Part shown: one piece after another, positions 17,559 through 26,531 of the stretch
Numbering within the stretch: the stretch's first letter is position 1
Layout of the letters: every line of letters begins with the position of its first letter
Source of the DNA: Chloroflexota bacterium
GTDB lineage: Bacteria > Chloroflexota > Chloroflexia > QHBQ01
Length of the DNA: 45,929 nt
Reading direction: 5' to 3'
Assembly: GCA_043754535.1 (NCBI GenBank)
Contig: JAYUUN010000045.1
Location: 1-45,929 of the forward strand
Notes under the pieces: model-generated
Seen by the model: only the letters and a program-made list of their open reading frames with translations
Databases searched by the model: none
What the model was told of the DNA's origin: nothing
Program-made: the position numbers and the translations under genes

Positions 17559-17984
17559 CTACTTGTCTTCGACGCGCACGGTCTGCATTCGGTCGGAGGT
17601 GGTCAGCATGGTAACGACGTTCTGGCCGCCCGTCACCTGGCCGAAAAGGGTGTACTCGTTGTTGAGGTGCGGCGAGTCCTTCTTGAGGATGAAGAACTGG
17701 CTGGCGTTGTTGATTGCTTTGTCGCCACCGCGTGCTATGCCTAGTGCGCCCGTCTTGAAGTCGCGGTCGTTGTATTCGGAGGGCATGGTGCCACCGCCCG
17801 TACCGGTGCCGAGCGGATCGCCGCCCTGCACTACCCAGCCCTCAACGCGGTGCCACTTGGTGCCATCATAGGCACCAGAGTTAGCCTTCTGCTCGAAGTT
17901 AGCGACAGTATTGGGGGCGATATCGGGGTAAAGTTCGGCGACGATCTTCCCCTTCTTGGTAGTGATCGTTACGATTTTTGCCAT
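17559..17984 (-). CDS. Cyclophilin-type peptidyl-prolyl cis-trans isomerase
   Basis: APNTVANF, YDGTKWHRV, QGGDPLGTGTGG, ASQFFI, HLNNEYTLFGQV. Confidence 0.92.
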   Translation of the reverse strand: MAKIVTITTKKGKIVAELYPDIAPNTVANFEQKANSGAYDGTKWHRVEGWVVQGGDPLGTGTGGGTMPSEYNDRDFKTGALGIARGGDKAINNASQFFILKKDSPHLNNEYTLFGQVTGGQNVVTMLTTSDRMQTVRVEDK

Positions 17985-18085
17985 CTGCCAGGTTTCTCCT
18001 TGATGATTGCTATTCACTATTCGCGGGCATTATACCAGCCCGCTGCCGCCCACTGCAATGGCCCTGTACAACTTGGCCGCAGGGT

Positions 18086-18379
18086 TCAGCGGCCCATCAG
18101 CCCCTTCTTAGGCGCGATATTCTCGGCCTTCTTGCCGCTAGTGCGCCGCTTATAGGCTTCTTCGAGGATGCGGTCGATATCTTCGTTGGTAAAGAGGTAG
18201 GCTTCACTGATCGTGCGGAAGCCAGAGCGGTTGGCGGTGTAGACCAGCCCGCGTACCAGAATACCTTCTTCCAGTTCGATGATACAGACCTCTTTGAAGT
18301 TGTGTTCGTCAATGAAGTGGCCGATAGCCCGCAGTACGTCCTCATAGTCCACCCGTCCGGTGCCGCTGTAGTTGATCAT
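18086..18379 (-). CDS. Hypothetical protein (97 aa)
   Basis: AAGGAGG upstream of ATG 18379. Natural-looking sequence YEDVLRAIGHFID...ELEEGILVRG. Confidence 0.7.
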   Translation of the reverse strand: MINYSGTGRVDYEDVLRAIGHFIDEHNFKEVCIIELEEGILVRGLVYTANRSGFRTISEAYLFTNEDIDRILEEAYKRRTSGKKAENIAPKKGLMGR

Positions 18380-18420
18380 CGCGCTGCAAACCTCCTTGCC
18401 GTGATAAGCTAGTATAGAGC

Positions 18421-18458
18421 AAAAAAGGAGCGGGCGCAAGAGGTTTGCGTCCGCCCCC
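18421..18458 (-). terminator. Intrinsic terminator after the BlaI-family gene
   Basis: Imperfect GC stem followed by a T6 run on the minus strand. Confidence 0.55.
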
Positions 18459-18487
18459 TGTGTTTCGTTGTCGGCTTGCCCAGTCGG

Positions 18488-18922
18488 TCAGCTTGCAGTA
18501 ACGGTGCGGCGGCTGCGGATCGCGCTGTCCAGTTGGCTGAGGTGGTTATCGTCACTGGCCGCAATGTAGCTGACGATGTACTTGAAGGCGGGTTCGCCGA
18601 ACTCCTCAAACAGGCTATCGAGCAGGCTCTTGACTATGCTGTTGACGAACTCCTCCTGGGGCATGATAGGGGAGTAGAGGTAGCTGAGACCGAGCTTGTT
18701 GCGCTTGAGAATCTTTTTGGTGAACAGGCGGCTCATCGTCGTCATTACTGTGGTATAAGCGATCTCGCGGCGTTGCTGCAAGACCTTGTGTACGGCGCTG
18801 ACGGTGGCCTGGTTGTGTTGCCAGACGACCTGCATGATCTCCGCTTCGAGCGGGCCAAGCACTTTAGTGATGCCATCCTTTGCCGGGTTGAACTTGAACT
18901 TCATTTCTGATGCCGTAGCCAT
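18488..18922 (-). CDS. BlaI/MecI/CopY family transcriptional regulator
   Basis: LGPLEAEIMQVVW, ATVSAV, IAYTTVMTTMSRLFTKKIL.R, YLYSP. Confidence 0.9.
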   Translation of the reverse strand: MATASEMKFKFNPAKDGITKVLGPLEAEIMQVVWQHNQATVSAVHKVLQQRREIAYTTVMTTMSRLFTKKILKRNKLGLSYLYSPIMPQEEFVNSIVKSLLDSLFEEFGEPAFKYIVSYIAASDDNHLSQLDSAIRSRRTVTAS

Positions 18923-19049
18923 CCAGTACCCCCTTCTATGTTCATATCACTGCGGCCAGCCTCGCTACGCTAACACCGTCAGCCCCTGGGCCTCAGCGGC
19001 AAGCAGGCTGCCAGAAAGTCAACTGCCAGACCACTGCCTTCTACAAGAC

Positions 19050-19078
19050 ATTGTACCACTAAACGTAGGTGGGCGCAA
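19050..19078 (-). promoter_or_regulatory. Putative promoter for the BlaI-family gene
   Basis: Minus strand TTGCGC-17 nt-TACAAT with a TG extension. Confidence 0.45.
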
Positions 19079-19226
19079 TAGGGGCGGGTGAGCCTGGTTA
19101 GCATATCGCTGGTTGGGGGTGTAGAAGTTGGTAAGGTTGTGGTAAGTTTGTCGCTGTGGGGCAATCCACTGGCAGACTGCCCCTAAGCGCACCGACAACC
19201 TGAGCGGTTGCTAGCCGCGATAGGCC

Positions 19227-20576
19227 CTAGAACTTGGTTACGCCAGTAAAGTTGAAGCCGCGGATTAGCAGGGCAGGAACGAGCGTGCCACCGAAGAAGC
19301 CCTTTTGCAGTTTGCGCTCCTTGCCGATCATCTCGGCGTGGGCGAGGGCAGCCAGTGCATCCTGGGTGAAGCGCAGGTTGCGGACGGGGTAGGTGATCTG
19401 CCCATCCTCGATCATGAAGGTGCCGTCGCGGGTCATCCCAGTCAGCATCGGCGGCACCGGCTGTACGATGTTCATGTAGTGGAAGCGGGTAATGTAGAGG
19501 CCGCGCTTGATGCCCGCGATCATCTCCTGGCTGCTAGCCGTACCTGCTTTGAGGGCTAGATTGAGCGGCATTGGCCCGAAGGTATTGGGGGCAGGCAGGG
19601 CGTGGCCGTTGTTCATCGCTGGCTTGCCCTCCTTGTTGGCGGTGTAGCTGTCGTAGGCGACCCCACGGGCGACCCCGTTCTCGATCAGGGTGAATAGCTG
19701 GCGCGGCATACCCTCAAAGTCGTAGGGGATTTGCAGCGTCTCTGGGCTGAGACCGTCGTCCAGCAGGGTGATGTTGTCGCCGGTGATCTTCTCACCGATC
19801 CGCATGAAGCTGCGCCCCTCTTGCAGGGCGAGGCCGCTGAAGCCGACGTAACTCATGTACTCGATTATGTCGGCGACAGCGTAGGGTTCAAGGATCACGT
19901 CGTACTCGCCCGCCTCGATCACCTGTGGGCCACGACTGCGTACCGCCTTGCCCACCGCCTCGTCACCTACCGCTTCGGCGTTGATCTGGCGCACATCGCT
20001 AGCGGTGAAGTCGGCATAGCCGGAGCTATCGTCGCCCATCACCACGGTGAGGATGTTGGCGGCGGTGTAGGGCATATAGGCAGCCACCCCTAGCGAGTTG
20101 GCGATGGCGATCTCGTAGCCCTCGGTGCTGAATGCGCCGCTAGCGACCAAGTTGTTCTCGGCGGCCTTCTTGCAGATGGTGGCGACGGCAGCGGCGCGCA
20201 TCTCTGGGCTGGCGTTGGCGGTGGCTTCGATGTAGCCGCGCATCACATCCTGCGGCTGCTCGCTGACCGGGCTGGGCAGGCTGACGAAGTCCTCGTTCTC
20301 CAACTGGAAGCGGGCGATCTCCAGGGCGTTGGCGGCGACCTTCTTCAAGCCTTCGCTAGAGAGGTCGTTGCTGCTAGCAACCCCGATCTTCTTGCCGACG
20401 ACCACCCGCACGCTGACCCCGGTGTTCTGCTCGGCGACGTTCTGGTGGACGTAGTTGTTGGCGAAGCGGGTCAGTGCGCTCTCGGCACTGTTGATCAGCA
20501 CCTCGGCCTGGTCTGCGCCCTTCGCATAACCGAGGGCTTCCTGCGCTATGCGGCTGAGTTGTTCCTTACCTTGCAC
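19227..20576 (-). CDS. tldE: TldE/PmbA family protein (non-catalytic partner)
   Basis: LTRFANN.VHQN, VILEPYAV, DFEG.PR and LTGMTRDGTF.IEDG.I..PVRNLRF. No HExxxH motif. Follows tldD. Confidence 0.85.
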   Translation of the reverse strand: MQGKEQLSRIAQEALGYAKGADQAEVLINSAESALTRFANNYVHQNVAEQNTGVSVRVVVGKKIGVASSNDLSSEGLKKVAANALEIARFQLENEDFVSLPSPVSEQPQDVMRGYIEATANASPEMRAAAVATICKKAAENNLVASGAFSTEGYEIAIANSLGVAAYMPYTAANILTVVMGDDSSGYADFTASDVRQINAEAVGDEAVGKAVRSRGPQVIEAGEYDVILEPYAVADIIEYMSYVGFSGLALQEGRSFMRIGEKITGDNITLLDDGLSPETLQIPYDFEGMPRQLFTLIENGVARGVAYDSYTANKEGKPAMNNGHALPAPNTFGPMPLNLALKAGTASSQEMIAGIKRGLYITRFHYMNIVQPVPPMLTGMTRDGTFMIEDGQITYPVRNLRFTQDALAALAHAEMIGKERKLQKGFFGGTLVPALLIRGFNFTGVTKF

Positions 20577-20604
20577 AGTAGATATCTCCTTATCTTGCCT
20601 TAGC

Positions 20605-22050
20605 TTACTTCAGCACGCCAACCTGCACGTCGCGGAAGCGGGCAGGGGCGGCCCCATGACCGACGTGGCCGGTCTGCATCGGCTGGCCCTTGCCACAGTT
20701 GGGCAGCCCCCAGACGATCCACTCGTCGCGGCCCGCGATTGCATCCAGGCTGCCCCAGAACTCTGGGGTGATGCCGGTGTAGGTGGCATTGCGGAGCATC
20801 TCGCCACGCTTGCCGTTCTTGATTTCCCAGGCCGCCTCGCAACCAAACTGGAAGTTGTACCGCTTATCGTCAATGCTCCAACTGCGGTTGAGGTCGAAGT
20901 AGATGCCGTCCTCGGTCTCGCTGATCATCTGCTCCAGGCTAGAGTCGCCTGGCTCAAGGTTGATGTTGGTCATGCGGATGATCGGCAGGTGGTTCCAACT
21001 GTAGCCGCGTGATGTCCCGCCAGAGGTGATACCCAGATCGCTGGCGGTCTCGCGGTTGGTCAGGTAGCCGACCAGCTTGCCGTGATCTATGATCGGCGTG
21101 CGCTGGGCTGGTACGCCCTCGTCGTCCCAGCCGAAGCTGCCCAGGCCGCCCTCTACCGTCGCGTCGGCGAAGATGTTGACCATCTCTGAGCCGTAGCGGA
21201 AGTTGCCTAGCTTCTCGGTGGTGAGGAATGAAGTACCAGCGAAGGCGGCCTCCTGGCCGTACACGCGGTCAAGCTCGATTGGGTGGCCGCAACTCTCGTG
21301 GATTTGCAAGGCAGTCTGAGCGGAGCAGAGGATGATGGTGGTGCGCTTGGCGGGGCATTGTTTGGCGGTGAGCAACTGCACCGCTTCGCTGCCGACCCGC
21401 TCGGCGTTGTCCAGCAGCTTGAGGCTATCGATCAACTCCCAGCCCCGCGTCCCCCACTGGCCGCCCATGCTATTGGGGTAGGAGCGCACCTGCACGTCGC
21501 CACTCTCGCTGATCGCGGTTGCCTCGATGCCTGCCCCGACCTCGTAGATGTCTTGCTCAAGGTCGCTGCCCTCGCTGCTGGCGAACAGTTTGTGGGTGTG
21601 GATGCCGTCGTACTGGCCGGTAGCGACCACGACCCCACGCGTCTTACGCATCAACTCGTCAGCAAGCATCAGCAGGTTGAGCTTCTGCTCGGTGGGAACG
21701 CTAAAGGGGTCTTGCTGGATCGGCGACTTGTAGTAGCCAGTGCTGACTACTGGCGCGCCGAGGTTCACCTCTTTGCCGCCGGTAGAGGCACTGGCGCGGG
21801 CGATCTGCACGGCCTGGGCGGTCACGCGGTCGATCTCCTCCTTACTGAGGCGCGAACTAGCAGCGAAGCCCCAGGCTCCGTCCACCAGCACACGCACGCC
21901 GAAGCCTTCATCTTCGCTGCGCGACATAGCCTCAACCGTGCCGTTCTTGACCTGGATCGCCTCGCTGCTGCGCTCCAGGATGCGAATGTCGGCGTAACTT
22001 GCGCCCCTGGTCGCGGCCAGGTTGAGCGCGTCTGATATATGTTGGTTCAA
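20605..22050 (-). CDS. tldD: TldD family zinc metalloprotease
   Basis: GFGVRVLVDGAWGFA, HESCGH (HExxxH), DDEGV, RMTNINL, CGKGQP. Confidence 0.9.
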   Translation of the reverse strand: MNQHISDALNLAATRGASYADIRILERSSEAIQVKNGTVEAMSRSEDEGFGVRVLVDGAWGFAASSRLSKEEIDRVTAQAVQIARASASTGGKEVNLGAPVVSTGYYKSPIQQDPFSVPTEQKLNLLMLADELMRKTRGVVVATGQYDGIHTHKLFASSEGSDLEQDIYEVGAGIEATAISESGDVQVRSYPNSMGGQWGTRGWELIDSLKLLDNAERVGSEAVQLLTAKQCPAKRTTIILCSAQTALQIHESCGHPIELDRVYGQEAAFAGTSFLTTEKLGNFRYGSEMVNIFADATVEGGLGSFGWDDEGVPAQRTPIIDHGKLVGYLTNRETASDLGITSGGTSRGYSWNHLPIIRMTNINLEPGDSSLEQMISETEDGIYFDLNRSWSIDDKRYNFQFGCEAAWEIKNGKRGEMLRNATYTGITPEFWGSLDAIAGRDEWIVWGLPNCGKGQPMQTGHVGHGAAPARFRDVQVGVLK

Positions 22051-22143
22051 GGTGTTCTCCTTACCTGTTGATAGTTGGGGGCGGCGGGTAGTTGGATGGC
22101 AACATCATCTGCCCCCTTGCCGCTGCTGGCTGCTGCCTGCTGG

Positions 22144-23820
22144 TTAGTTACTGCTGCTCATCATCTCCTCACGGATCAGCGCGACCTGGATCGAGCCGCT
22201 ACTGAGCAGGCGATCGTGGAAGGCTTGTAGGCTGAAGGCTGCACCCTCGCGCTGGCGCACTTCCTCACGAAGGTCGAGGATCATCGCCTTGCCAAAGAGA
22301 TAGCTCATTGGCTGGCCGGGGCTGGTGGTATAGCGGCGCACCTCACCCCGCGCACCCTGCTCTGACATTTTGACGTTCTGGTGGAGGAAGGTGACCGCCT
22401 CCTCTACGCTCATCTCGCTACAGTGCAGGCTTATGTCAATAATCACGCGAGCAGCGCGCCAGAGTTGGCCCTTCAACTGGAACAGCCGCATATGTGGGTC
22501 GCTGTAGTAGCCCGTCTCGTGCATTAGTTGCTCGGTGTACAGACCCCAGCCTTCGACAAAGAGGCTGCTGATCCCCGCCTGATTGCGAATGTCGTCGCTG
22601 TACTTGTTGGCGTAGATCAGTTGTAGGTGATGGCCGGGGTAGCCCTCATGGGCGGCAACAGCAGGGATGTTGTACCAGGAGTGGTCGCTCAGTTGCCTCA
22701 TGGCAGCCTCTGGGGTAGCGTTGGCGGCAACCGGTGTGACCCAGAAATCACCCTCCTGCTTCGTGTCGTAGGGGCCGGGCATCATGTAAGCAGCGAATGG
22801 TATGATAGACCGTTGGAAGGCGGGAGTCTCCGCCACATTGAGTGTCTCGCCAGCCGGGATGGTGACGAGCTGCTGCTCTATGACGAACTGGCGTAGCTTC
22901 AGCGTCTCGTCGGCGTAAGCTTGCACCAGGTCGGTGGCGGCGGGGTGCTGCTGGCTACCCTCGGCGATCAGCTCGGCCCAGGTCTTGTGGGGGTCGATGG
23001 CAGCGGCTGCCTCCTCCAACTGGTGCAGGGTTTCATCGAACATGGCGTGGCCCCGCGCCAACACCTGCTCTGGGGTGGCATCAATCATGTGGTCGCGCTG
23101 CAAGACGCGCCGCACAAAGCGGTCATGGCCGAGGCGGAAGCTGCCGTTGGAGCGAGGCAGCAGATCGTTCTCCAACCAGGCGGCAAAGTCCTGGATGGCG
23201 GCGGCGGCCTCGTTGCTAGCAGCGACCACCTCATCGCGCAAGGCAGCGTGGGCAGGGTTGAGTTGGGCGGCCAGCCTGGGCAGCAGTTGGCTGAAGATTG
23301 CCAGCCCCCCGTGTGCAGTCTCAATGGCAATCTCGGTGTAGACCTGGGGTGGGTCTTGCACCTGCTTCCTTGCGCTAGCTAGCAAGGCGGGTATTTGGCG
23401 AGTGCGGCTGGCGGCGTGCTTTAGGCGCACCTCCAGGGGAGCGAACTCGCGGATGAGGAGCATGAAGACGGAGAAGACCGCCACTTCGACGTAGAACTGT
23501 GGGCTATTACGCCAGGGCTGCTCCTCCTCAACGACGATCAGGTTGCTCTCCATGTGGGCGCGCAGCAGCTTGTAGTTGGTGCGTTCGCGCAAGCCAAACC
23601 CCTGTTGGTCAAGGCTGCACAGTTCGCCATGTAGCTGGCGCACCTGCCCGGCTGTGGACAGCAAATCCCGCTCGTCCAGGCTGCCCAACTGGTCATCGTA
23701 ATCGTGGATGCCCAGCATGGTAGCCTGCCCAGGGGTTTGCTGGTAAAGTAGCTTGAAGTAACGCTCGGCGATATGGTTGAGAGTGACTGCCGCCTGGTTG
23801 TCAAGGATGGCTGCTTGCAT
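22144..23820 (-). CDS. DUF885 family protein (putative zinc metallopeptidase), no signal peptide
   Basis: AT.LGIH.YDD, HEGYPGHHLQ, EGWGLYTE, LWRAARVIID, EVRRY...PGQ..SY..G, FHD.LL..G. Confidence 0.85.
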   Translation of the reverse strand: MQAAILDNQAAVTLNHIAERYFKLLYQQTPGQATMLGIHDYDDQLGSLDERDLLSTAGQVRQLHGELCSLDQQGFGLRERTNYKLLRAHMESNLIVVEEEQPWRNSPQFYVEVAVFSVFMLLIREFAPLEVRLKHAASRTRQIPALLASARKQVQDPPQVYTEIAIETAHGGLAIFSQLLPRLAAQLNPAHAALRDEVVAASNEAAAAIQDFAAWLENDLLPRSNGSFRLGHDRFVRRVLQRDHMIDATPEQVLARGHAMFDETLHQLEEAAAAIDPHKTWAELIAEGSQQHPAATDLVQAYADETLKLRQFVIEQQLVTIPAGETLNVAETPAFQRSIIPFAAYMMPGPYDTKQEGDFWVTPVAANATPEAAMRQLSDHSWYNIPAVAAHEGYPGHHLQLIYANKYSDDIRNQAGISSLFVEGWGLYTEQLMHETGYYSDPHMRLFQLKGQLWRAARVIIDISLHCSEMSVEEAVTFLHQNVKMSEQGARGEVRRYTTSPGQPMSYLFGKAMILDLREEVRQREGAAFSLQAFHDRLLSSGSIQVALIREEMMSSSN

Positions 23821-24487
23821 CTGATACCTCCTGGTTGATTGGTGAACTAGTTTCGTCGCCCGCCTCACCGGGTTGGCCTGGCAGAGCCGGGTAGAGGGCG
23901 ATCATCATGCTGTAGGGGTGCGCCTCATCGCTGACAGCCTCGTAGTCAGCCTCGCTGAACTGTTCGGCCAGCAACTGTACCTGCTGGTAGAAGTCATCGG
24001 CCCGCGCCGCACTCAACTTGCTGGTGCCGACCAGCATGATCAGCGAGCGGTAGCGGGGTGCGTCTTTCGCTGGGTCGATCAGCCCGGCCTGACGGCTGGC
24101 GCGTATCTGCGCCCGCGTATTGTCTACCGCCTCCGAGACGAAGCTGCCTATTGCGTCGTCTGCGCCTTCAGAGAAGGTGAGCAGCGAACGGTCGAGGTTG
24201 AACTTATGCGCGGTAGCCTGATAATGCTTCTCCACGATATTAGAGACCTGGCGGGTCGCCACCACCCGGATCAGGCCGTGTTCTTCCAGCAGGTTGATGT
24301 GGTAGTAGATTTTGGTCAGGCTGAGGCCGAGGCTAGCGGCCACCTGCTTGACGGTGTGCGGTTCGTTGGTCAGGCTCTCGATGATCCGCTGGCGCAGGGG
24401 GTCGCTGATCACCCGCAGCGTCTCCAGGTTCGTGATCGTGTAGTTGGCGGCTGGTTGCGGCTGGCCGTCTGGCTGGGTTCCCCCCAT
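23801..24487 (-). CDS. ArsR-like winged helix-turn-helix transcriptional regulator
   Basis: LRVISDPLRQRI, TVKQVA, KIYYHINLLEEHGLI, VEKHYQATA. GGAGG RBS. Confidence 0.85.
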   Translation of the reverse strand: MGGTQPDGQPQPAANYTITNLETLRVISDPLRQRIIESLTNEPHTVKQVAASLGLSLTKIYYHINLLEEHGLIRVVATRQVSNIVEKHYQATAHKFNLDRSLLTFSEGADDAIGSFVSEAVDNTRAQIRASRQAGLIDPAKDAPRYRSLIMLVGTSKLSAARADDFYQQVQLLAEQFSEADYEAVSDEAHPYSMMIALYPALPGQPGEAGDETSSPINQEVSDASSHP

Positions 24488-24572
24488 TCAGACTACCTCC
24501 TGTCGTTATTAGCTGCTTCCACTCGTTAGGGACTGCTTGCCGTCGTTACAACAATTATTGAACGGTGTAGCT

Positions 24573-24601
24573 ATTCTACAACAAGACTGGCCCAGAGTCA
24601 A
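24573..24601 (-). promoter_or_regulatory. Sigma70-type promoter of the HTH-DUF885-tldDE operon
   Basis: Minus strand TTGACT-17 nt-TAGAAT. Confidence 0.6.
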
Positions 24602-24675
24602 TAGTTTGCTGAGACCAATATCTAACCGCCCTTATCATGGGAGGATTTAGGTTTACGGGCTAGCAGGAAGCGGGG

Positions 24676-25383
24676 TTACTGCGCGGCAGCAGCGGTGGGA
24701 GCGGGCTGAGCGTACTTCGTCTCATAGGCAGTGATCAGCTTTGGCACGATGATGCTATCGTCCTCTGTCACCTGAATCTCAATCTCCTTCGCCTGGAGGA
24801 TAGCGAGCAAACCGCCGCGCCGCTCTAGTGCCGTTCGCAGGTCAGCAGCAGAGCCAACAGCGCGCAGGATGAAGGGACTGCGGATTGGCTTGCTGTCTAC
24901 GGTGATCACCTGGCCGCCAAGATTGGCAACGACAGTGCGAGCGACCACCCGGCTGCCGTTGAGTGAGATACCCTCAGCCCCAGCGTTGCGTAGCTCGTTG
25001 ATCAGGTCTTGCAGGTCAAAGGTGCTGACATCCCCCCGAATCTGCACGCTAACCCCTGGACCAGTAAGGGCGTATGCCCCGCTGAAGGCGCGCAGGCGGT
25101 CAGTCTCCTCTACCTCCTTCGCTACCAGCGCAGAGGTGTCGTTCTGCTGCGAGGTTGCTAGCCCACGCCGTAGGGTCTCTAGCTCCTGGCGCAAGGCATT
25201 GACGCTGACGTAGACCTGGGAGAGGTAGGCAGCGCGGTCGGAGTCTGTCTCTTTGTTGAAGCGTTCCTCATAACTGGGCGAGAGGGTGCGGATTTGGGTG
25301 ACGAGCAGGAAGCCGAGTAGCAAGGAGACGCTAGCCAGGGCAACATAGCGCAGCCAGCCCCCCGTTCGCTGGCGCATCAACAT
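24676..25383 (-). CDS. DUF881 family protein (YlxX/YlxW-like)
   Basis: N-terminal TM and coiled coil, GPGVSV, DLINELRNAGAEGISLNG.RVVART, SPFILRAVG. Confidence 0.85.
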   Translation of the reverse strand: MLMRQRTGGWLRYVALASVSLLLGFLLVTQIRTLSPSYEERFNKETDSDRAAYLSQVYVSVNALRQELETLRRGLATSQQNDTSALVAKEVEETDRLRAFSGAYALTGPGVSVQIRGDVSTFDLQDLINELRNAGAEGISLNGSRVVARTVVANLGGQVITVDSKPIRSPFILRAVGSAADLRTALERRGGLLAILQAKEIEIQVTEDDSIIVPKLITAYETKYAQPAPTAAAAQ

Positions 25384-25384
25384 C

Positions 25385-26215
25385 TCAGCGGCCCTCGCGC
25401 AGCGGCTTGCCATAGCGCAGCTTGATTTCGCCCTTGTACTCAGGTACGTGTACGTCGCTGCTGCTGGTCACGCCGAGGATCACCCCATACTGCTTGGCCC
25501 GCTGGGTAAACTTAGTCATCTGTGGCGACTTGATCAGGCTCTCGCTCAGGGCGTTGCTGTTGCCAATGGCACTGATGTTGTAGGGAGGGGACAGGCGAGT
25601 GCTGTTGACAATAATCGTACTACCGACACAGTAGACTGAGGTGGAGGCGACCACGCGCTCTCCATTCAGCGAAATCGCCTCAGCACCGCCATCGAGTAGG
25701 GCTGCAATGCCATCGCGCAGGTCGTACTCGTGAATGATGTAATCGGCCAGAGTAGCATCTGGGGCGGTATTGCTCACCTTGCTATCATCAAAGGTAGCAA
25801 CCACCCCTTCACCACGCAGGGGCATCAGCCCTGCACTGCGTTGGGCCTCCTGCCAAGTGTTGTTAATTTGATCGAGCGTGGTGCTGGCTTGGGTATTCTT
25901 CTCGCGCACCGCATTGATCTGGTTCCGCAGGCTGCCGATCTGTTGCTTTAGATTGGCTTGCTCCTGCTCAAGCTCAACAATCGAGGTGTTGATCTGCTGG
26001 CGGGTAGCGGTGCGGCTGTTGGATTGGGCCGAGGAGAGGCCGCTGCGCCACTGAGCGGCGAGCAGCAGGCCAATCACTAGCCCGCCGATAGCCAAGAACA
26101 GGCGCATGGATTGTACCCGCTGCCGAAAGACAGAGCGAGGTCGGCTGGGCGCGGGTGCGTTCAGCAGGTCAGGCGGGATGGCAAGCGGGCGGGTACGATA
26201 GTCAGCGAGGCGCAT
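25385..26215 (-). CDS. DUF881 family protein (YlxX/YlxW-like)
   Basis: TM and coiled coil, AGL..L.GEGV...DD, IIHEYDL, GAEAISLNGER, PPYNISAIG. Confidence 0.85.
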   Translation of the reverse strand: MRLADYRTRPLAIPPDLLNAPAPSRPRSVFRQRVQSMRLFLAIGGLVIGLLLAAQWRSGLSSAQSNSRTATRQQINTSIVELEQEQANLKQQIGSLRNQINAVREKNTQASTTLDQINNTWQEAQRSAGLMPLRGEGVVATFDDSKVSNTAPDATLADYIIHEYDLRDGIAALLDGGAEAISLNGERVVASTSVYCVGSTIIVNSTRLSPPYNISAIGNSNALSESLIKSPQMTKFTQRAKQYGVILGVTSSSDVHVPEYKGEIKLRYGKPLREGR

Positions 26216-26281
26216 GGCAGGAACCTCAAATAGCAAGAGCAGACAATAGCAATGAGCCGGGACTTGCGGCGGCCTTACTCT

Positions 26282-26310
26282 ATAATACAGCAACCTGGCT
26301 GCTTTGTCAA
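26282..26310 (-). promoter_or_regulatory. Sigma70-type promoter of the DUF881 pair
   Basis: Minus strand TTGACA-17 nt-TATTAT. Confidence 0.6.
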
Positions 26311-26531
26311 AGGTTTACAGATCATTTGATCAGCGGCACATCATCGGCGACAGTGGGTGGTAAGGTGGCCCAGCAGCCAGCAACGGATTCCCTACCATAT
26401 ATACGCATGAGCAGGGAGAATGGTTCGCCCTTGTGCCGCAACTGTCCTGTTCCCCGCCCCAGCCATGTGCCAGGCAAGCAAAGAGCGCACCTGGGTGGGC
26501 GCGCTCCGCTTGGGCTAGTAGGGGAACTAGC

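Noticed and set aside
18979..19164. 61-aa ORF downstream of tldE as a possible TldDE/RiPP precursor peptide
   Set aside because: No clear RBS, it overlaps the predicted BlaI promoter, and there are no RiPP modification enzymes nearby.
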